DNA from: Antedon mediterranea
Lineage: Eukaryota > Animalia > Echinodermata
Assembly (NCBI RefSeq): GCF_964355755.1
Contig: NC_092678.1
Coordinates: forward strand, 24,011,365 to 24,075,364
DNA length: 64,000 nucleotides
Direction: 5' to 3'
The position numbers and the translations under genes are program-made. Under the pieces are notes generated by a model, which was not told the DNA's origin, ran no database searches, and saw nothing but the letters and a program-made list of their open reading frames with translations. Shown piece by piece: positions 1 to 12,816 of this stretch (its first letter is position 1; every line of letters begins with the position of its first letter).

Positions 1-1
1 C

Positions 2-2617
2 AATAATATCAGAGAGTCTAAATCGGGAATCATTGAGCTCTATCACGACCCTGGATCCGGTGGAACCACTCTTGGTAGAAGGGTTCTGTGGGAAATACAT
101 TTATCAAACAAAGCTCCTTGTGTAAATGCCACATCCTCACACGACATCAAAGCACTTTCTAAAAGAATTGAGTTTTTGTATCAGCACACTCTTCTTCCCA
201 TTGTCGTATTGTTAGATGGTAGTGATAACATTTTCTGCCGGCAACTTCTGAAAATATTGGAAAACTGTATAGTTGTCATTCTTCTCGTACAACGAACTGT
301 ATCAAAAATACGGAGTACAAAAGATCGTTTTTATCTCACTGGAAAGGTATCTGAAAAAGAAGCAGCAAACATTCTTTTTGCATTCTTAAGGTATACCAGC
401 GATAAACAGAGGTTAGCACTTACGGATGTGGCGACGAGTGTGAACAAAAATGATGTGCATGTTTTTGAGTTTGGTCTGGCTGCCTATGAAGAGAAATATA
501 AGGGTGTACATTCGTATGTCAAAGGCTATCTTGAGTATGATCCCACAAAGCAACTTTGTGGATGGCAACGAGTAGTCTCTTTTCTTGCATTGGCCTATTA
601 CTATGGCCATGCATCTATTCCTGCTCAATTCTTTGCAGAAATGCTTAGAGTTAGCAAGAAATCGGTAGTTACACTTGAAAATATAAAAGGAGAGAAATTT
701 ATCATTGAGACGTCTAAAAATGGAATCAAGAAGTGGAGGATAACACATTATGCTATAGCAAGAGAGATATTGGAGCAATTGTTAGGACAAAGCGAAGGAG
801 CTACAGGTGAAGAAAACCTTTCAATTGATGCAAAAAGAAAAATTGGCAAACTGACATGTGACTTGATAGAAGCTGCTTCTAACACAATCAATAATAAGAT
901 CAAGTGTGAAGACGTTATGAATGTATTCTCCTCCATGATCATTATTCGCAATTCCGAAAACGACGACGTCAACCAGAAAAAGAAGATAAAACCAAAATTG
1001 TCAAGATTAATGTCTGACATTCCTTCCGAATCACCTTATGAAGAGCGTTTGGAAGTCCTGCGAAAACTTATTGATTGTTTCCCACAGTATGCGAGTGGAT
1101 GGGCACATCTTGGTCGATTCTATTGTATGTGTAGACAAAACGAAATACCTAAAGCTATCGAATGTATTACGAAAGCTATTGATCTACAAGAAGAGATAAA
1201 ACTAACTGATGGTGATCAACATAATAAGGAACTCAGTAACATGTTTCACATGTTAGGTTGTGCTTATAATTACGATGTAAGAAGTATCATTGGAGATGCA
1301 ACAGATTCACAAGATCATGAGACTTTAGAAAAGTGTGTGGAAAGTACACAGTTGGCAATTGATAATTTCATTAAATGTAGAAAATATGTACTACAAGGCC
1401 GCGGACAAACGTACGGTTACAACGGCGAGTTATCTGCAAGACTGACTTTTATTGAATTTATTAAAGACCGCTGCTTCTCAATCGGGTTATCAATCGAAGA
1501 ATTTCTGAAACGCAAAGAAGCTTCCCATTCGTCCAAAGAACTGGTTAGGGAGTGTTTTTCAAAATGTGAAATGTTGATATTAGAATGGAACGACATTTTT
1601 GACGAAGAATATGGCTCTGCATTTTCTGAGAATGTCAATAGGTTTCACCTTGTGTTTAAAGGAGTCGAAAATGCTCTGAAGATGTGGAGTGACGAAAATA
1701 GTGTTCGGAACCGACGAAGTAAAATTACAGCTTACAAATTAAAATACAGAAGTCATAAACAGATTACTAGTATCGACATGGTAACCTCTCCCGACGATGT
1801 TAAGAAGATCGTACAATTACATGAAGCTAATATCAACCAGATATGTGAGGAGCATACAACTGATTACAGTCTTGATTATGACGCAATAAGTTGGATTCGA
1901 GCAATCCGATCACCTTTATGCAAGCCAACATACACTATAGAAAAGGTAATTGGTTACGTTCAGAAATGGTACGCGGAAAATCAAAAATCACCACGGGCAG
2001 TGTATTATATGTTTGCTCTTAATCTGCTACTTGGCATTGGGGTAAACCGACAGCCTGGCTTATCAGCAAACTTTAAAATAGCGAAGAACTTACTTCAAGA
2101 TCTTCAAAAGATAAACACCGTTGTCAGTACACCAGGATTAGCACTAGAGTGGATAGGCAAAGGTGACGGTATTAGTCGATTGGTTGAGCATCGCACCCTT
2201 AAGTTAAAATCCCAAAGTAATACAGTGTTTTGGAAAAGTGCTACGGTAATACCGTTACTAGATGTCCAATATGGTCACATTGTCGACTCAAGCAAACGAG
2301 TGAGCGGACGCATTAATTTAATGTCAAAAACAGTAGGAGCAATGACTAATCCCATTAGTGTATCATTCGATCCAATTCATGAAAAACTTTATGGCGAAAG
2401 GTTTAACCAAAACCCAGTTGCTTTCAACCTTGCATTTACTATGAATCATGGATTAAAAGCCTACAACGTATGCGAAGTTAAACGTATCAAATGTAAAGAA
2501 TGCAATTTAACATTTGAATACTCAGCCTTAGACAAACCAAATACTAAGTACTATAATTGCCCATGCAATCGTGGCAGGCCTATTCGAATAGAATGTGACA
2601 ATTTCCAAGACTATTAA
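2..2617 (+). CDS. SAMD9L: SAMD9/SAMD9L-like STAND P-loop NTPase with TPR-like and OB-fold regions; 5'-partial, one long exon in this window
   Basis: The frame is open from base 2, so the ORF-track start at TTG 176 is not the real start. It reads IIELYHDPGSGGTTLGRRVLWEI, the SAMD9-family Lys-less Walker A (cf. LYHxPGCGGTTLAMHILW). Also Walker-B-like IVVLLDG, RITHYAIAREIL, TPR-like AHLGRFY...AIECITKAI, and terminal VAFNLAFTMNHGLKAYNV (cf. VSFYLGFSIGGPLAYDI). AATAAA at ~2718. Confidence 0.85.
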   Translation, partial: NNIRESKSGIIELYHDPGSGGTTLGRRVLWEIHLSNKAPCVNATSSHDIKALSKRIEFLYQHTLLPIVVLLDGSDNIFCRQLLKILENCIVVILLVQRTVSKIRSTKDRFYLTGKVSEKEAANILFAFLRYTSDKQRLALTDVATSVNKNDVHVFEFGLAAYEEKYKGVHSYVKGYLEYDPTKQLCGWQRVVSFLALAYYYGHASIPAQFFAEMLRVSKKSVVTLENIKGEKFIIETSKNGIKKWRITHYAIAREILEQLLGQSEGATGEENLSIDAKRKIGKLTCDLIEAASNTINNKIKCEDVMNVFSSMIIIRNSENDDVNQKKKIKPKLSRLMSDIPSESPYEERLEVLRKLIDCFPQYASGWAHLGRFYCMCRQNEIPKAIECITKAIDLQEEIKLTDGDQHNKELSNMFHMLGCAYNYDVRSIIGDATDSQDHETLEKCVESTQLAIDNFIKCRKYVLQGRGQTYGYNGELSARLTFIEFIKDRCFSIGLSIEEFLKRKEASHSSKELVRECFSKCEMLILEWNDIFDEEYGSAFSENVNRFHLVFKGVENALKMWSDENSVRNRRSKITAYKLKYRSHKQITSIDMVTSPDDVKKIVQLHEANINQICEEHTTDYSLDYDAISWIRAIRSPLCKPTYTIEKVIGYVQKWYAENQKSPRAVYYMFALNLLLGIGVNRQPGLSANFKIAKNLLQDLQKINTVVSTPGLALEWIGKGDGISRLVEHRTLKLKSQSNTVFWKSATVIPLLDVQYGHIVDSSKRVSGRINLMSKTVGAMTNPISVSFDPIHEKLYGERFNQNPVAFNLAFTMNHGLKAYNVCEVKRIKCKECNLTFEYSALDKPNTKYYNCPCNRGRPIRIECDNFQDY

Positions 2618-4244
2618 GTAAATATCTTACTTACTCAAATATTCTAATGGTTATCAAAACAAAATAACATTGGAATGCAATCCGTATTTGATTCATTTTT
2701 TGTCTTGTTTTTATTTCAATAAATGCATGTAGGTTTGGTGACAGCTTAAAGCTGCTTTTTTACCTTTCAATTATTTCTTTGTGAAAGGAATCCTCAATTT
2801 GATATGCGATTTGGTAAACAGAACTGGTGTATTCAATGTGTATTATTACTAATTAGGTGACCTTCTGCGCCTTTGTTTAAGCAAACTTAACATTTTGATG
2901 TTTATAAGTTGTATGAATTGTATTTATTATAATTTGATTCCGATCTTTTTCTATCGTAGCCTAGATTATCAAATATCATAAACTTTAAACCAATAATGTA
3001 CCCTAGAAGCACAAGACCTAAGAACTAATTAAACTTTATGGTTCCTCAATTTCTTCTTACTTCGCCAGAAAAATAATTATTTATCAAGGCCCAAAACTAT
3101 AAAGATTATTTTACCCTAAGAATTTTAAATTCTAAATATGACTGTTCATTAATTTCACTATTTAGTTTAAATGTTCCTGGTCGTACACGAAATAGACATT
3201 TATTGCATATTCCTTTTAGCCGTGTCGACTGTACTAAGAGGGGACTTTTTCATAGACTACCTTATACATTTAATAATCTAAATAGCAATCATATCGATAT
3301 TTTTAATGATAGACTTGGTTATTTTAAGAGGACGATGATGTGTTCACTTCTTGAACAGTCTGCATAACCTGTTTTAATTGAAATTTTTTATGGCATGCCA
3401 ATCTATGTTTTATATATATATTTATATATTTTATCTGTATTTTATTGTTAACCGTTTTTGATGTTGTATTGTTTTATGTTTCAAACCTGTTAGTGGCGGT
3501 ATTTATCGCTGTTGGTTTTAATTGAATAAAATAAAATAAAAATAAAATAAAATGATGAAAAATGTTTACGCTTAAAATAAAAAATTGTTTGTTAGTCAGA
3601 TATTGTTTCTTTTAATTATTAATTCATTTCCTGTATTTATTTATATGCTATAATACCGGTAATTACTAGCATCTGTTACTTAAATAAGTATCAGACATTT
3701 ATAATTCAAAATGTGAATATGTAATAGGCCTAATTATTATTGTTCATTTTATTATTATTTTACATTTTGACAATAACGATATGTGATAGTTTTGGTTTAG
3801 TAAATTACATTATAAGAATTCAGATAAATAAGCAATCTGTGTTAAAGCGTACCTATTGGAGAGTTTCCAATTTAAAAATTGGATAACAATGATATATATT
3901 ACAAATTGAAAACGTTTATTGTATTAATATTTTAGTAAAATAGTATATCAGTATGTGACAATATACTGAAAAATACCTTGTATTGATCAAAATATTTGAC
4001 GACCGTATTGTAAATTTGGGTCTAACAAGGAATCCGATAATAAAAATTACATTTGTTTGATTATTGTCGCTGTCGTATGATAGCGGGTAACCTTAAAGAA
4101 ACTGTATTATTGTATTGTATTTGATTTAACTGTATAATTTTGCTTTGCGTTATTTATTTTAACTATATCATAATATTACCTATTATTGTCCGTTTTAACT
4201 ATTCTAATAATGATTTAATTACAGTTATAATGTAATTAGCATTT

Positions 4245-4912
4245 TGGATTACTAGTTTCAATAGGTTGAATTGGAGTGTTATTATGTATCCAGTATTGCT
4301 TACAATAATTTTACGGATGTTATACATAATATTAATAAATAGGTCTAATTTACTTACCTTTTGTTGTATTACTGTTGTTAACGCTTATCACTTTGTCTGG
4401 TATATGGTATAATAATCTGTTACTTAAGTTTATTAGTTAGTTAAGCATTAGTTCATAGAATGCATATTTCGTAGTATTTTCATACAGGTTAAAGAAGATT
4501 GTATTCATTGTAGAAAAATTATTTTTAAACAAGTAATTATGATAATATTTAAAAATAAAATAAAGTTGATTACTAGTTTTAATAGGTTGATTGGAATTTT
4601 ATTATTCATAGTATTGCTTACAAAATAATGTAACGGACATGGTACATTAAAAATAGGCCTTATTTACTTACTTTAATCATGCACTAAAGAAATAGTTGTG
4701 TTCATTTGTCATGCTTTCATTAACTATTGCCGATTGCTGTCAACGCTTTATAGTCTGGTGATGTGATAGTAGGATCATTTGTTACTTAAGTTTATTACTG
4801 TAATTAGCATTAGTTCATAGAATGCATATTTCGTGGTATTCAGGTTAACTGAAAAGAAGATTGCATTCATTTCTAAACCTGTAATATATGATAATCTTTA
4901 AAAATAAAATAA
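4245..4912. repeat. Diverged direct duplication, two copies of ~320 bp
   Basis: The block GATTACTAGTTT(C/T)AATAGGTTGA...GTTACTTAAGTTTATTA...AGCATTAGTTCATAGAATGCATATTTCGT...AAAAATAAAATAAAG occurs at ~4247-4565 and again at ~4568-4913. Confidence 0.75.
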
Positions 4913-5462
4913 AGCTTGCATAGACGAATTAATTCATTTTGTGTTTTGTTTTTTTATTTATTTTTAACTATAATTTATTCAAAAATCTGACTCGACTGAA
5001 ATTCATTCTGAAATGTACCGATATACGCAATCCACACTCCTAATATATATAACGTTAACACACCCGATATCCACTTAAATTACGCGGTAGCTATCACAAC
5101 ACCGAACGCTTTGTGAGCATGTACCGATATACATACTTGAATGCAAAGGTTGCGTTACTAAAGCTATCAATACAACTCTCTCTTGGTAAGAATAAGTACA
5201 GAAACAAAGGACCCATAGATTGGTATGTATTTTGCTCAATGAACCCACTATCGGTAGATTATATGTTATAATCTTTGTGGTGGATAACAATCATTTGAAG
5301 TTGTAGATTGTGTCAACATTGATATGCGTACCAGCAACTGCACGGCATATGCATATTGATAAAAACAATCAAGGTTAAATCATGGAGGATTTCCTCCATG
5401 GTTAAATGTAGTGATATTGGTAGTAATGAACAGATCTACGTTGGACGAGTAACGACGACAGC

Positions 5463-8400
5463 ATGAATGAACTTTCATCGGAAACAGGTTATGTAGAAAA
5501 TAACAAGAGTGTGAATATTGAAGAATGCGAAGTTTGTACTGAATCAGCATCAGCAGCAATAGACGGTGAGGATGTAGATAATAGACCTAATGTAGCAGAC
5601 AATACTTTAGCAGACGATAAGACAGGTATACCAGCAACTATCAACCTGCAACGATACGCCTTTACAACGCTATCCTTCGAAGAAAAGTATAAAACTACTA
5701 CTAAATCTCAGCATCACAAAACATGGCTGAAAAACGTCAGAATAAACAAGAACGTTTTATTGAATCTTATTTGGCAGCTGTTTCCAATTTTAAAATGGCT
5801 TCCACAGTACAAATTGAAGGATTATATTCTCGGCGATATATTAGGAGGACTGACTGTTGGGATTTTTTGCGTGCCTCAGAGTAAGTCTTAAATGTATATA
5901 TGACTGATTGTGTTTTTCCTAGAATAATATATAGTAGGCCATACAAATTGAAGGAGTCGAACAGGAGCCTAAAATCACCTTTAAACGATCATGGTTCAGT
6001 ACACAGAAGGCCTTTCACAAATATTTTGAATACACATTTAAATACTAAACTTTACATTGTTATACTATTTGTATAAACCAAGGTCAAAAGCTGGCTTACA
6101 TTCAGAACAAAATCAATACCTTTCTAAAGAATATAAAATGGCAGGAACGATTTGTAAACGAAACTGCCATACTAACATTTATTATAGACCTATTATTGGG
6201 TATTATTGGCATACATAGACCTATTATTGGCATGTATAATCAACATAGAACATTTGTATGGTATCAATCTATACCATGCTAACGTTTTGTTTTTTTTAGA
6301 ATGGGAAGTCATTTGTAGAACTTGTAGGAAGTACTTTGTGAACCATTGACCTATAACTTAGAAAACCCTGATGCTGTAAATAGCATTCTATGTATAATTC
6401 AAATGTTAGGAAATCATGCTATAGGCCTCATTTCTAATCGTTTTTAACTGTATTTAAACATTTTACCTTATCTTGTTGTCAATTGTATCGTTTTTGCTAC
6501 TTTGTATTTTTATCGTTTTAATTAGTAAAAAAAGTGAATTTCCATTTATGTGGAACAATACAATTTCTTGAATTTTTAATTAGGCGACATATTTTTTTAT
6601 AATTCATTTTCTAGGTATGGCATTTTCTTTAAATGCAAATCTTCCCCCGGTGTATGGCCTTTACGTTGCTTTCTTTCCCGTTATTGTGTATATTTTGATG
6701 GGAACATCTCACCATCTTTCCGTTGGTAAGCTGAATATTTAATAACGGTACTGTATTGAATCAATTTCATAATCACACAGACGTCACAAACATAGTTTAC
6801 GTGACCGTACAAAAAATAGGGCCTATCAACCTTTACACGGCGCACAATGTACCACTTATATCATTTCGGCCGAAGTACATATTCGTATAGAAGCAAATTT
6901 CACACTGGGTGGGTATACCAAAATGTACGCCTACCAAAATCAAATGTTCAACTATGTTACTAAAATATGTTTTCAATCTGTAGGTACGTTTGCCATTATA
7001 AGTATCATGGCGGCGAACGCAGTTGAAAAGATACTTGTCGACGTTGATTTCGACGCACTTTCTATAGACACTGGCGGATCTCAATCGCCTGATGACTTAC
7101 GCCAGATGGAATGGTTGAAAGTTCACACGACATTGTGTTTGCTTGTTGGAATCATACAAGTATGAGCCAAAATTAAGGGAGTGTTTAGAATGTACAGGCG
7201 AGGGATACCCGCGGCATACCTCGCACCTAATGCTTGGTTTCCACTAGGACGCAATTAAGGAACTACAGTTAACTAAACGCAACTAATTTAACCAATTACA
7301 AGCAATGGACAATCCAAACTGTCGCTTGTCTCTTTGATCAACTCGCTTGCGTTGCGCCTTACTGTACGTGAAACCATAGTTGGAACAGAGCTTAATCTAA
7401 AGAAAAATAATCTAGAGAATTTCCACCTCAACGAACATTAAATGATGGCCTAATATAGTTAAAAATCAATGATTGGTTTCAGGTAGTGATGGGGATATTT
7501 CGATTAGGCTTCATCACAATGTATCTGTCAAGACCAATACTACGTGGATTTACTACAGGGGCATCTTTCCATATTCTTGCAAGTCAATTCAAATATTTAT
7601 TCGGTTTGGAAGTAACTGCAAAACAGGGTCCTTTTGCAATGATATATGTAAGTAGACCTAAATAATTTTCAAATCTCCAAATTGAAAAGTACCGTATATA
7701 ATAAGCAATTATTTCATTCAAATTATTTTGATATGACATACAAACAAGAACATTCCAAACAGATAAAACCAGGTGCAAGGGAAAACAAAAATAATAATAA
7801 TCCAGTAAAAAAGATAAAGTAAAATAACGGAGAAAGAAAAAGAATCGGTACTACAGGTTTAGGCTTACACCATTTTTAATGTATTTGATCTTGAGTGAAG
7901 ACTTTTTTTTACCAAAATGGATAAGGAGGAAGGGGAGAAGTTCATTGTTTTCTTTCTAATATAGAAAAGAAGAATTTAAATTCAAAAATATTTTAAAAAC
8001 AGTAAGATCATGTTCTAGATTAAATGTGTTTCTTTTACAGATGTATATAGACATCCTTTCGCGTTTACGTGACTGCAATCCAGCGGCTGTTGTCATTTCT
8101 GTCATTTCTTTACTGGTACTAGTTGTGGCCAAGGAATTAATGCAGAAATACAAGAAAAAGTCCATACCAATTGAACTATTTGTTGTAAGTTAACTAAATA
8201 TAACTAGTTAGCGGTCACTATGTGTTTCCAGCAGAAAAGTATGGTTGAGAATATGTCGACCTTTCGGTTGTTATGCTACAAACTATAGGCCTATACAATA
8301 CTACAAAATTAGAAACATGTATCTACCGAAAACGCCACTAATATTACTAGTATTAAAGTGTCTAATGGTATTTTGTATTCATTATCTTCTATTTTATTCA

Positions 8401-11400
8401 TTTATTTGTAGGTTTCTGGATCAATTTTAGGGTCGTATTTTCTGAAATGGAATGATAAGTATGGTTTACCAATTATTGGTGACGTACCAACAGGGTAAAA
8501 TATCATCTTTTTTAAAATGTATTGTAAGCTACCTAAGACATGTATACAACACTACAATAACTAAATAACAAGTCGATCTCAAGACTCTATTAGACGATAG
8601 TTAGGCTATACCTAAAATATTATTGTTACTTTTACTGCAGAATTCCAAAACCAACTGTGCCTCCTATCGAACATTTTCCAAGTCTGTTGAAAGACGCCTT
8701 TGTAATAGCTTTGGTTTCATACGTTATGAATATATCTCAGGCAATGATCATTGCTAGCAAAAACAACTATCGTATCGATTCAAGTCAGGTAAATACTGTA
8801 TTACTACGTATTAAAATGCAAACAGCGCATGCGACTACTTGTGCGTATCACCGAACGAACGTGGTTCATATTACAAAGAATTACATTAAGGTGGAAAATG
8901 AATGTGGATAATCGATAAACAATAATTATTTAAAAAAACAAATTAAAATCCAAGGAAAATATTGACTAAAATGATACAAGATGAATGTAATAAATTACAC
9001 ACCTCACGAAACAATAAAACTTGTCCGAGGCTTAAAGATATAATATATATTATCTAAAATAAAAATAAAATACAATTTTATCATTTTTGTAGGAGTTTAT
9101 TGCGTATGGCTGTGGTAATGCCTTCGCTTCATTTTTCTCATGTTTCACCAGCTGTGGCGCCCTTGCCAGGACATTAATTTTTGACAATGTTGGAGCCAAA
9201 TCACAGGTTTGTCTTACTTAAAGTAAACGCATAACTAGGCTAATTACTTGCATTACAATACCAAAACAACATCGAAATTCACACACACAAAAGGACATGA
9301 GGCAACAATTACGATCATAAGAAAACAGTATATTGACAGTATTTGTTTTTTTTTTCTATAGATTGCTTCCCTTGTACAAATTATAATTGTGTTGGTTGTG
9401 CTTCTCTCACTCGGTCCATTATTTGAACCGCTACCAAAGGTAAAAATACAAAGTATAAAAATCATACTGTTACATTTTAAACATAAGTTTATACCAAAGA
9501 CTAAAAACACCAGACATTGTGACTGATGGACGGACCAATCAACCAAGATAACTAATGTAACACTTAGTATGGACCAATGCCTGATAATATTAACATCGAA
9601 AACTATGCCGTCGTAGAGAGTATGCCATATATGGAAAATGATGGACAGACGGACCAACCGACTATGATATATGACCGACATATGAACTACACTACTGCCA
9701 ACATTGGAATTATAACAACATAGTTTTGTATTGATTTGTTTAGTGTGTTCTAGCTTGTATCGTGATTACAGCATTAACTGGAATGTTTCGACAACTAGCA
9801 GACATCAAAGTTCACTGGAAAACTAGAAATTGGTGCGATTTGGTAAGCAATTCAATTTGATTCATTTCAATACAAATTTATGATTTAAACCAACCAATTA
9901 CGTAGTCCATAAAATATACTAATAAATTACATAATTATTATTCTAGTCGATATGGTTGGTGACGTGGCTTAGCGTGAGTTTGTTAGGAGTAGCTGTTGGT
10001 CTACTGGTTGGGGTGGGGTTTTCATTTCTGTCAGTTGTTGTACGTACGCAAAGGCCACAATGTGTAATGCTAGGTGAGGTTGTCGATACAGAGATATACA
10101 AGGAAGTTGGTCTGTATGATAAGGTAAGATTTAAATATATATATATATCCTATATATTAAAAATAAAGAAAAGTAAAAAATAAATGTAGTTTTGAACTGT
10201 CATTACTCATTACGTGACCCTTACTTACTATTTATCTTTAGTGTTATCCTCTACCTGGATTTAAAATATTTCAAATGAAGGCTTCATTGTACTTCGCAAA
10301 CGCCGAATATTTTAAAGACACCCTTGTACAAATGACAGAAATCAACCCAGATGAGTTATCGATGCAAAAACAAGATGACACGAACAATAAAGTAACTAAA
10401 AGGAAGTCTCATAAGGTAACTAAGTAACTAAAAGAAAGTCTCAAAAGGTAACTAAGTCACTAAAAGAAGGTATCAAAAGGTAACTAAGTAACTAAAAGAA
10501 GGTATCAAAAGGCAACTAAGTAACTAAAAGAAAGTCTCAAAAGGCAACTAAGTAACTAAAAGAAAGTCTCAAAAGGCAACTAAGTAACTAAAAGAAGGTA
10601 TCAAAAGGTAACTAAGTAACTAAAAGAAGGTATCAAAAGGTAACTAAGTAACTAAAAGAAGGTATCAAAAGGTAACTAAGTAACTAAAAGAAGGTATCAA
10701 AAGGTAACTAAGTAACTAAAAGAAAGTCTCAAAAGGTAACTAAGTAACTAAAAGAAAGTCTCAAAAGGTAACTAAGTAACTAAAAGAAGGTATCAAAAGG
10801 TAACTAAGTAACTAAAAGAAGGTATCAAAAGGTAACTAAGTAACTAAAAGAAAGTCTCAAAAGGTAACTAAGTAACTAAAAGAAAGTCTCAAAAGGCAAC
10901 TAAGTAACTAAAAGAAGGTATCAAAAGGTAACTAAGTAACTAAAAGAAGGTATCAAAAGGTAACTAAGTAACTAAAAGAAGGTATCAAAAGGTAACTAAG
11001 TAACTAAAAGAAGGTATCAAAAGGTAACTAAGTAACTAAAAGAAAGTCTCAAAAGGTAACTAAGTAACTAAAAGAAAGTCTCAAAAGGTAACTAAGTAAC
11101 TAAAAGAAAGTCTCAAAAGGTAGCTAAGTCACTAAAAGAAAGTCTGAAAAGCTAGCTAAGTCACTAAAAGAAAGTCTCAAAAGGTAACTAAGTCACTATA
11201 AGAAAGTCTCAAAAGGCAACTAAGTAACTAAAAGAAAGTCTCAAAAGGTAACTAAGTAACTAAAAGAAAGTCTGAAAGGTAGCTAAGTCACTAAAAGAAA
11301 GTCTCAAAAGGTAACTAAGTCACTAAAAGAAAGTCTCAAAAGGCAACTAAGTAACTAAAAGAAAGTCTCAAAAAGTAACTAAGTCACTAAAAAAGGTATC

Positions 11401-12816
11401 AAAAGGTAGCTAATTAACTAAACGGTCTCAAAATGTACCAAGTTACTAAAATAAATCTATAAAAGTCCCCTAATAAAAGTCTCAAAAGCTAACTAAGTCA
11501 CTAAAAGAAAGTTTCAAAAGGCATAACAAAAAAGAATTAACACAATAACTTGGTGATGAAATTAAGTACGGCAACGTTATAAACCAAAACAAAGAATCAG
11601 TTATATAATAATGAAATAACGCATTATGAAAGAAAGAAGAAAAATATAATAATCTGAAATAGTAACGTTAGTTTAGCAAATTGTCATGGTTTCTATCAAA
11701 ACAACTGTATAGAGAAACTATTGTGCTAAATGTGTAAGATTAGAAATGGAAGAAGATTTGTTTAATCTACAATAATGGCATTCATGGAGTTCACATTGCA
11801 ATATAAAGTATAATAAACATTCTTTTCTTAGTCGCATGACCCGGAAGCAGTTGACCTTGGACTGGGATTTCTTAGGACTCGAACCCACACTCTTGTAATA
11901 GATTGTGGATATTTCTCATTCTTGGATTCAGTCGGAGTAGGAACGCTTGCTGACGTCATTAATATGTATAGTAGGATTGGTATTACCGTTGTATTGGCAG
12001 ATTGTAAAGGTAATTAGTCAACAGTCGAGTGACGTCAAATCACCTATATGTGCTCACTTTATTCAACTCAAGAATAGCAAACCAAAACGTTTGAAAACAC
12101 TTTCCCAATTTTACTTAATTTTCTTTTTGGAAATGAAACCTTAGATTTTTCTAGTAAGTAATGAGTAATTTGCATAAACTATAACATATTGTTCATGGTT
12201 TGTGGTAATAGTTGATGCAATGTTTGTTTTATTGTTTTAGAAACCATATTGAACATTCTAGAACGTCAAGGCTTCTTTAGGAACCGTAGCAAGTGCTGTT
12301 GTTTTCCTTCAATACATGATGCTGTACTTATAAGAAAGGTTTGTATACAAAGACCTACAAACTATAAGTTCGAATTATTCTTCATAAACAGTGCCCATTC
12401 CGGTATAATTATTTACGCATTTAAGTTTGATTTCATGGGCTAAGATATTTTGTGGGCACGAACGAACTTACCTGGGTAAATAATTACTGTATTTATTTTA
12501 TTATTTATTTTCAATCGTTAGCAAAGAAAAAGTGTAGAGAAAGGCAAAATTAATGAACTTGGTGTGCTTAACCAACTCCTTCTGTAACAGCTAGCTAAAC
12601 AATAGACAGGCTGTATACGTCATATGTCAACATAAACTTCTTATAATATAATAATATTATACAAATCTTGTTCTTTAGAAACAACATGCACAAGATAAGT
12701 TAGACAACTTTAGACAACTGTGTAATACTGAAATCCATGAAGATACTGGAAATGATTCAACAGCAGAGGAAGATGGGAGAGCAGCTAATGAACAACAATT
12801 ACACGACAGTAACTAA
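5463..12816 (+). CDS. SLC26/SulP sulfate-anion transporter (prestin/pendrin-like) with STAS domain, 15 coding exons
   Basis: Phase-consistent GT-AG exons: 5463-5880, 6615-6725, 6984-7159, 7483-7647, 8041-8184, 8412-8494, 8641-8788, 9093-9206, 9362-9439, 9744-9842, 9947-10123, 10242-10415, 11832-12009, 12241-12338, 12679-12816. Motifs FPILKWLPQY, GDILGGLTVGIFCVPQ, PVYGLY, GTSHHLSVGTF, GFTTGA, LYFANAEYF, STAS LVIDCGYFSFLDSVG, FPSIHDAV. Confidence 0.92.
7232..7392. mobile_element. MITE family B (PIF/Harbinger-like), degenerate
   Basis: GCTTGGTTTCCACTAG...GACGCAA...ACCAATTACAAGC...CTGTCGCTTGTC. Confidence 0.6.
10392..11520 (+). repeat. 32-bp minisatellite, about 31-35 copies, degenerate at the 3' end; begins inside SLC26 exon 12
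   Basis: Unit GTAACTAAAAGAA(AGTC/GGTA)TCAAAAGGTAACTAA; period 32 (AAGGTAAC at 10413 and 10445). Confidence 0.95.

Noticed and set aside
176-178. ORF-track start of the 813-aa protein
   Set aside because: It is a TTG inside a frame already open from base 2; the Walker A motif lies upstream of it.
10392-11520. 32-bp repeats of CRISPR-like length
   Set aside because: Units are head-to-tail with no unique spacers, no cas genes are present, and the context is a eukaryotic intron.
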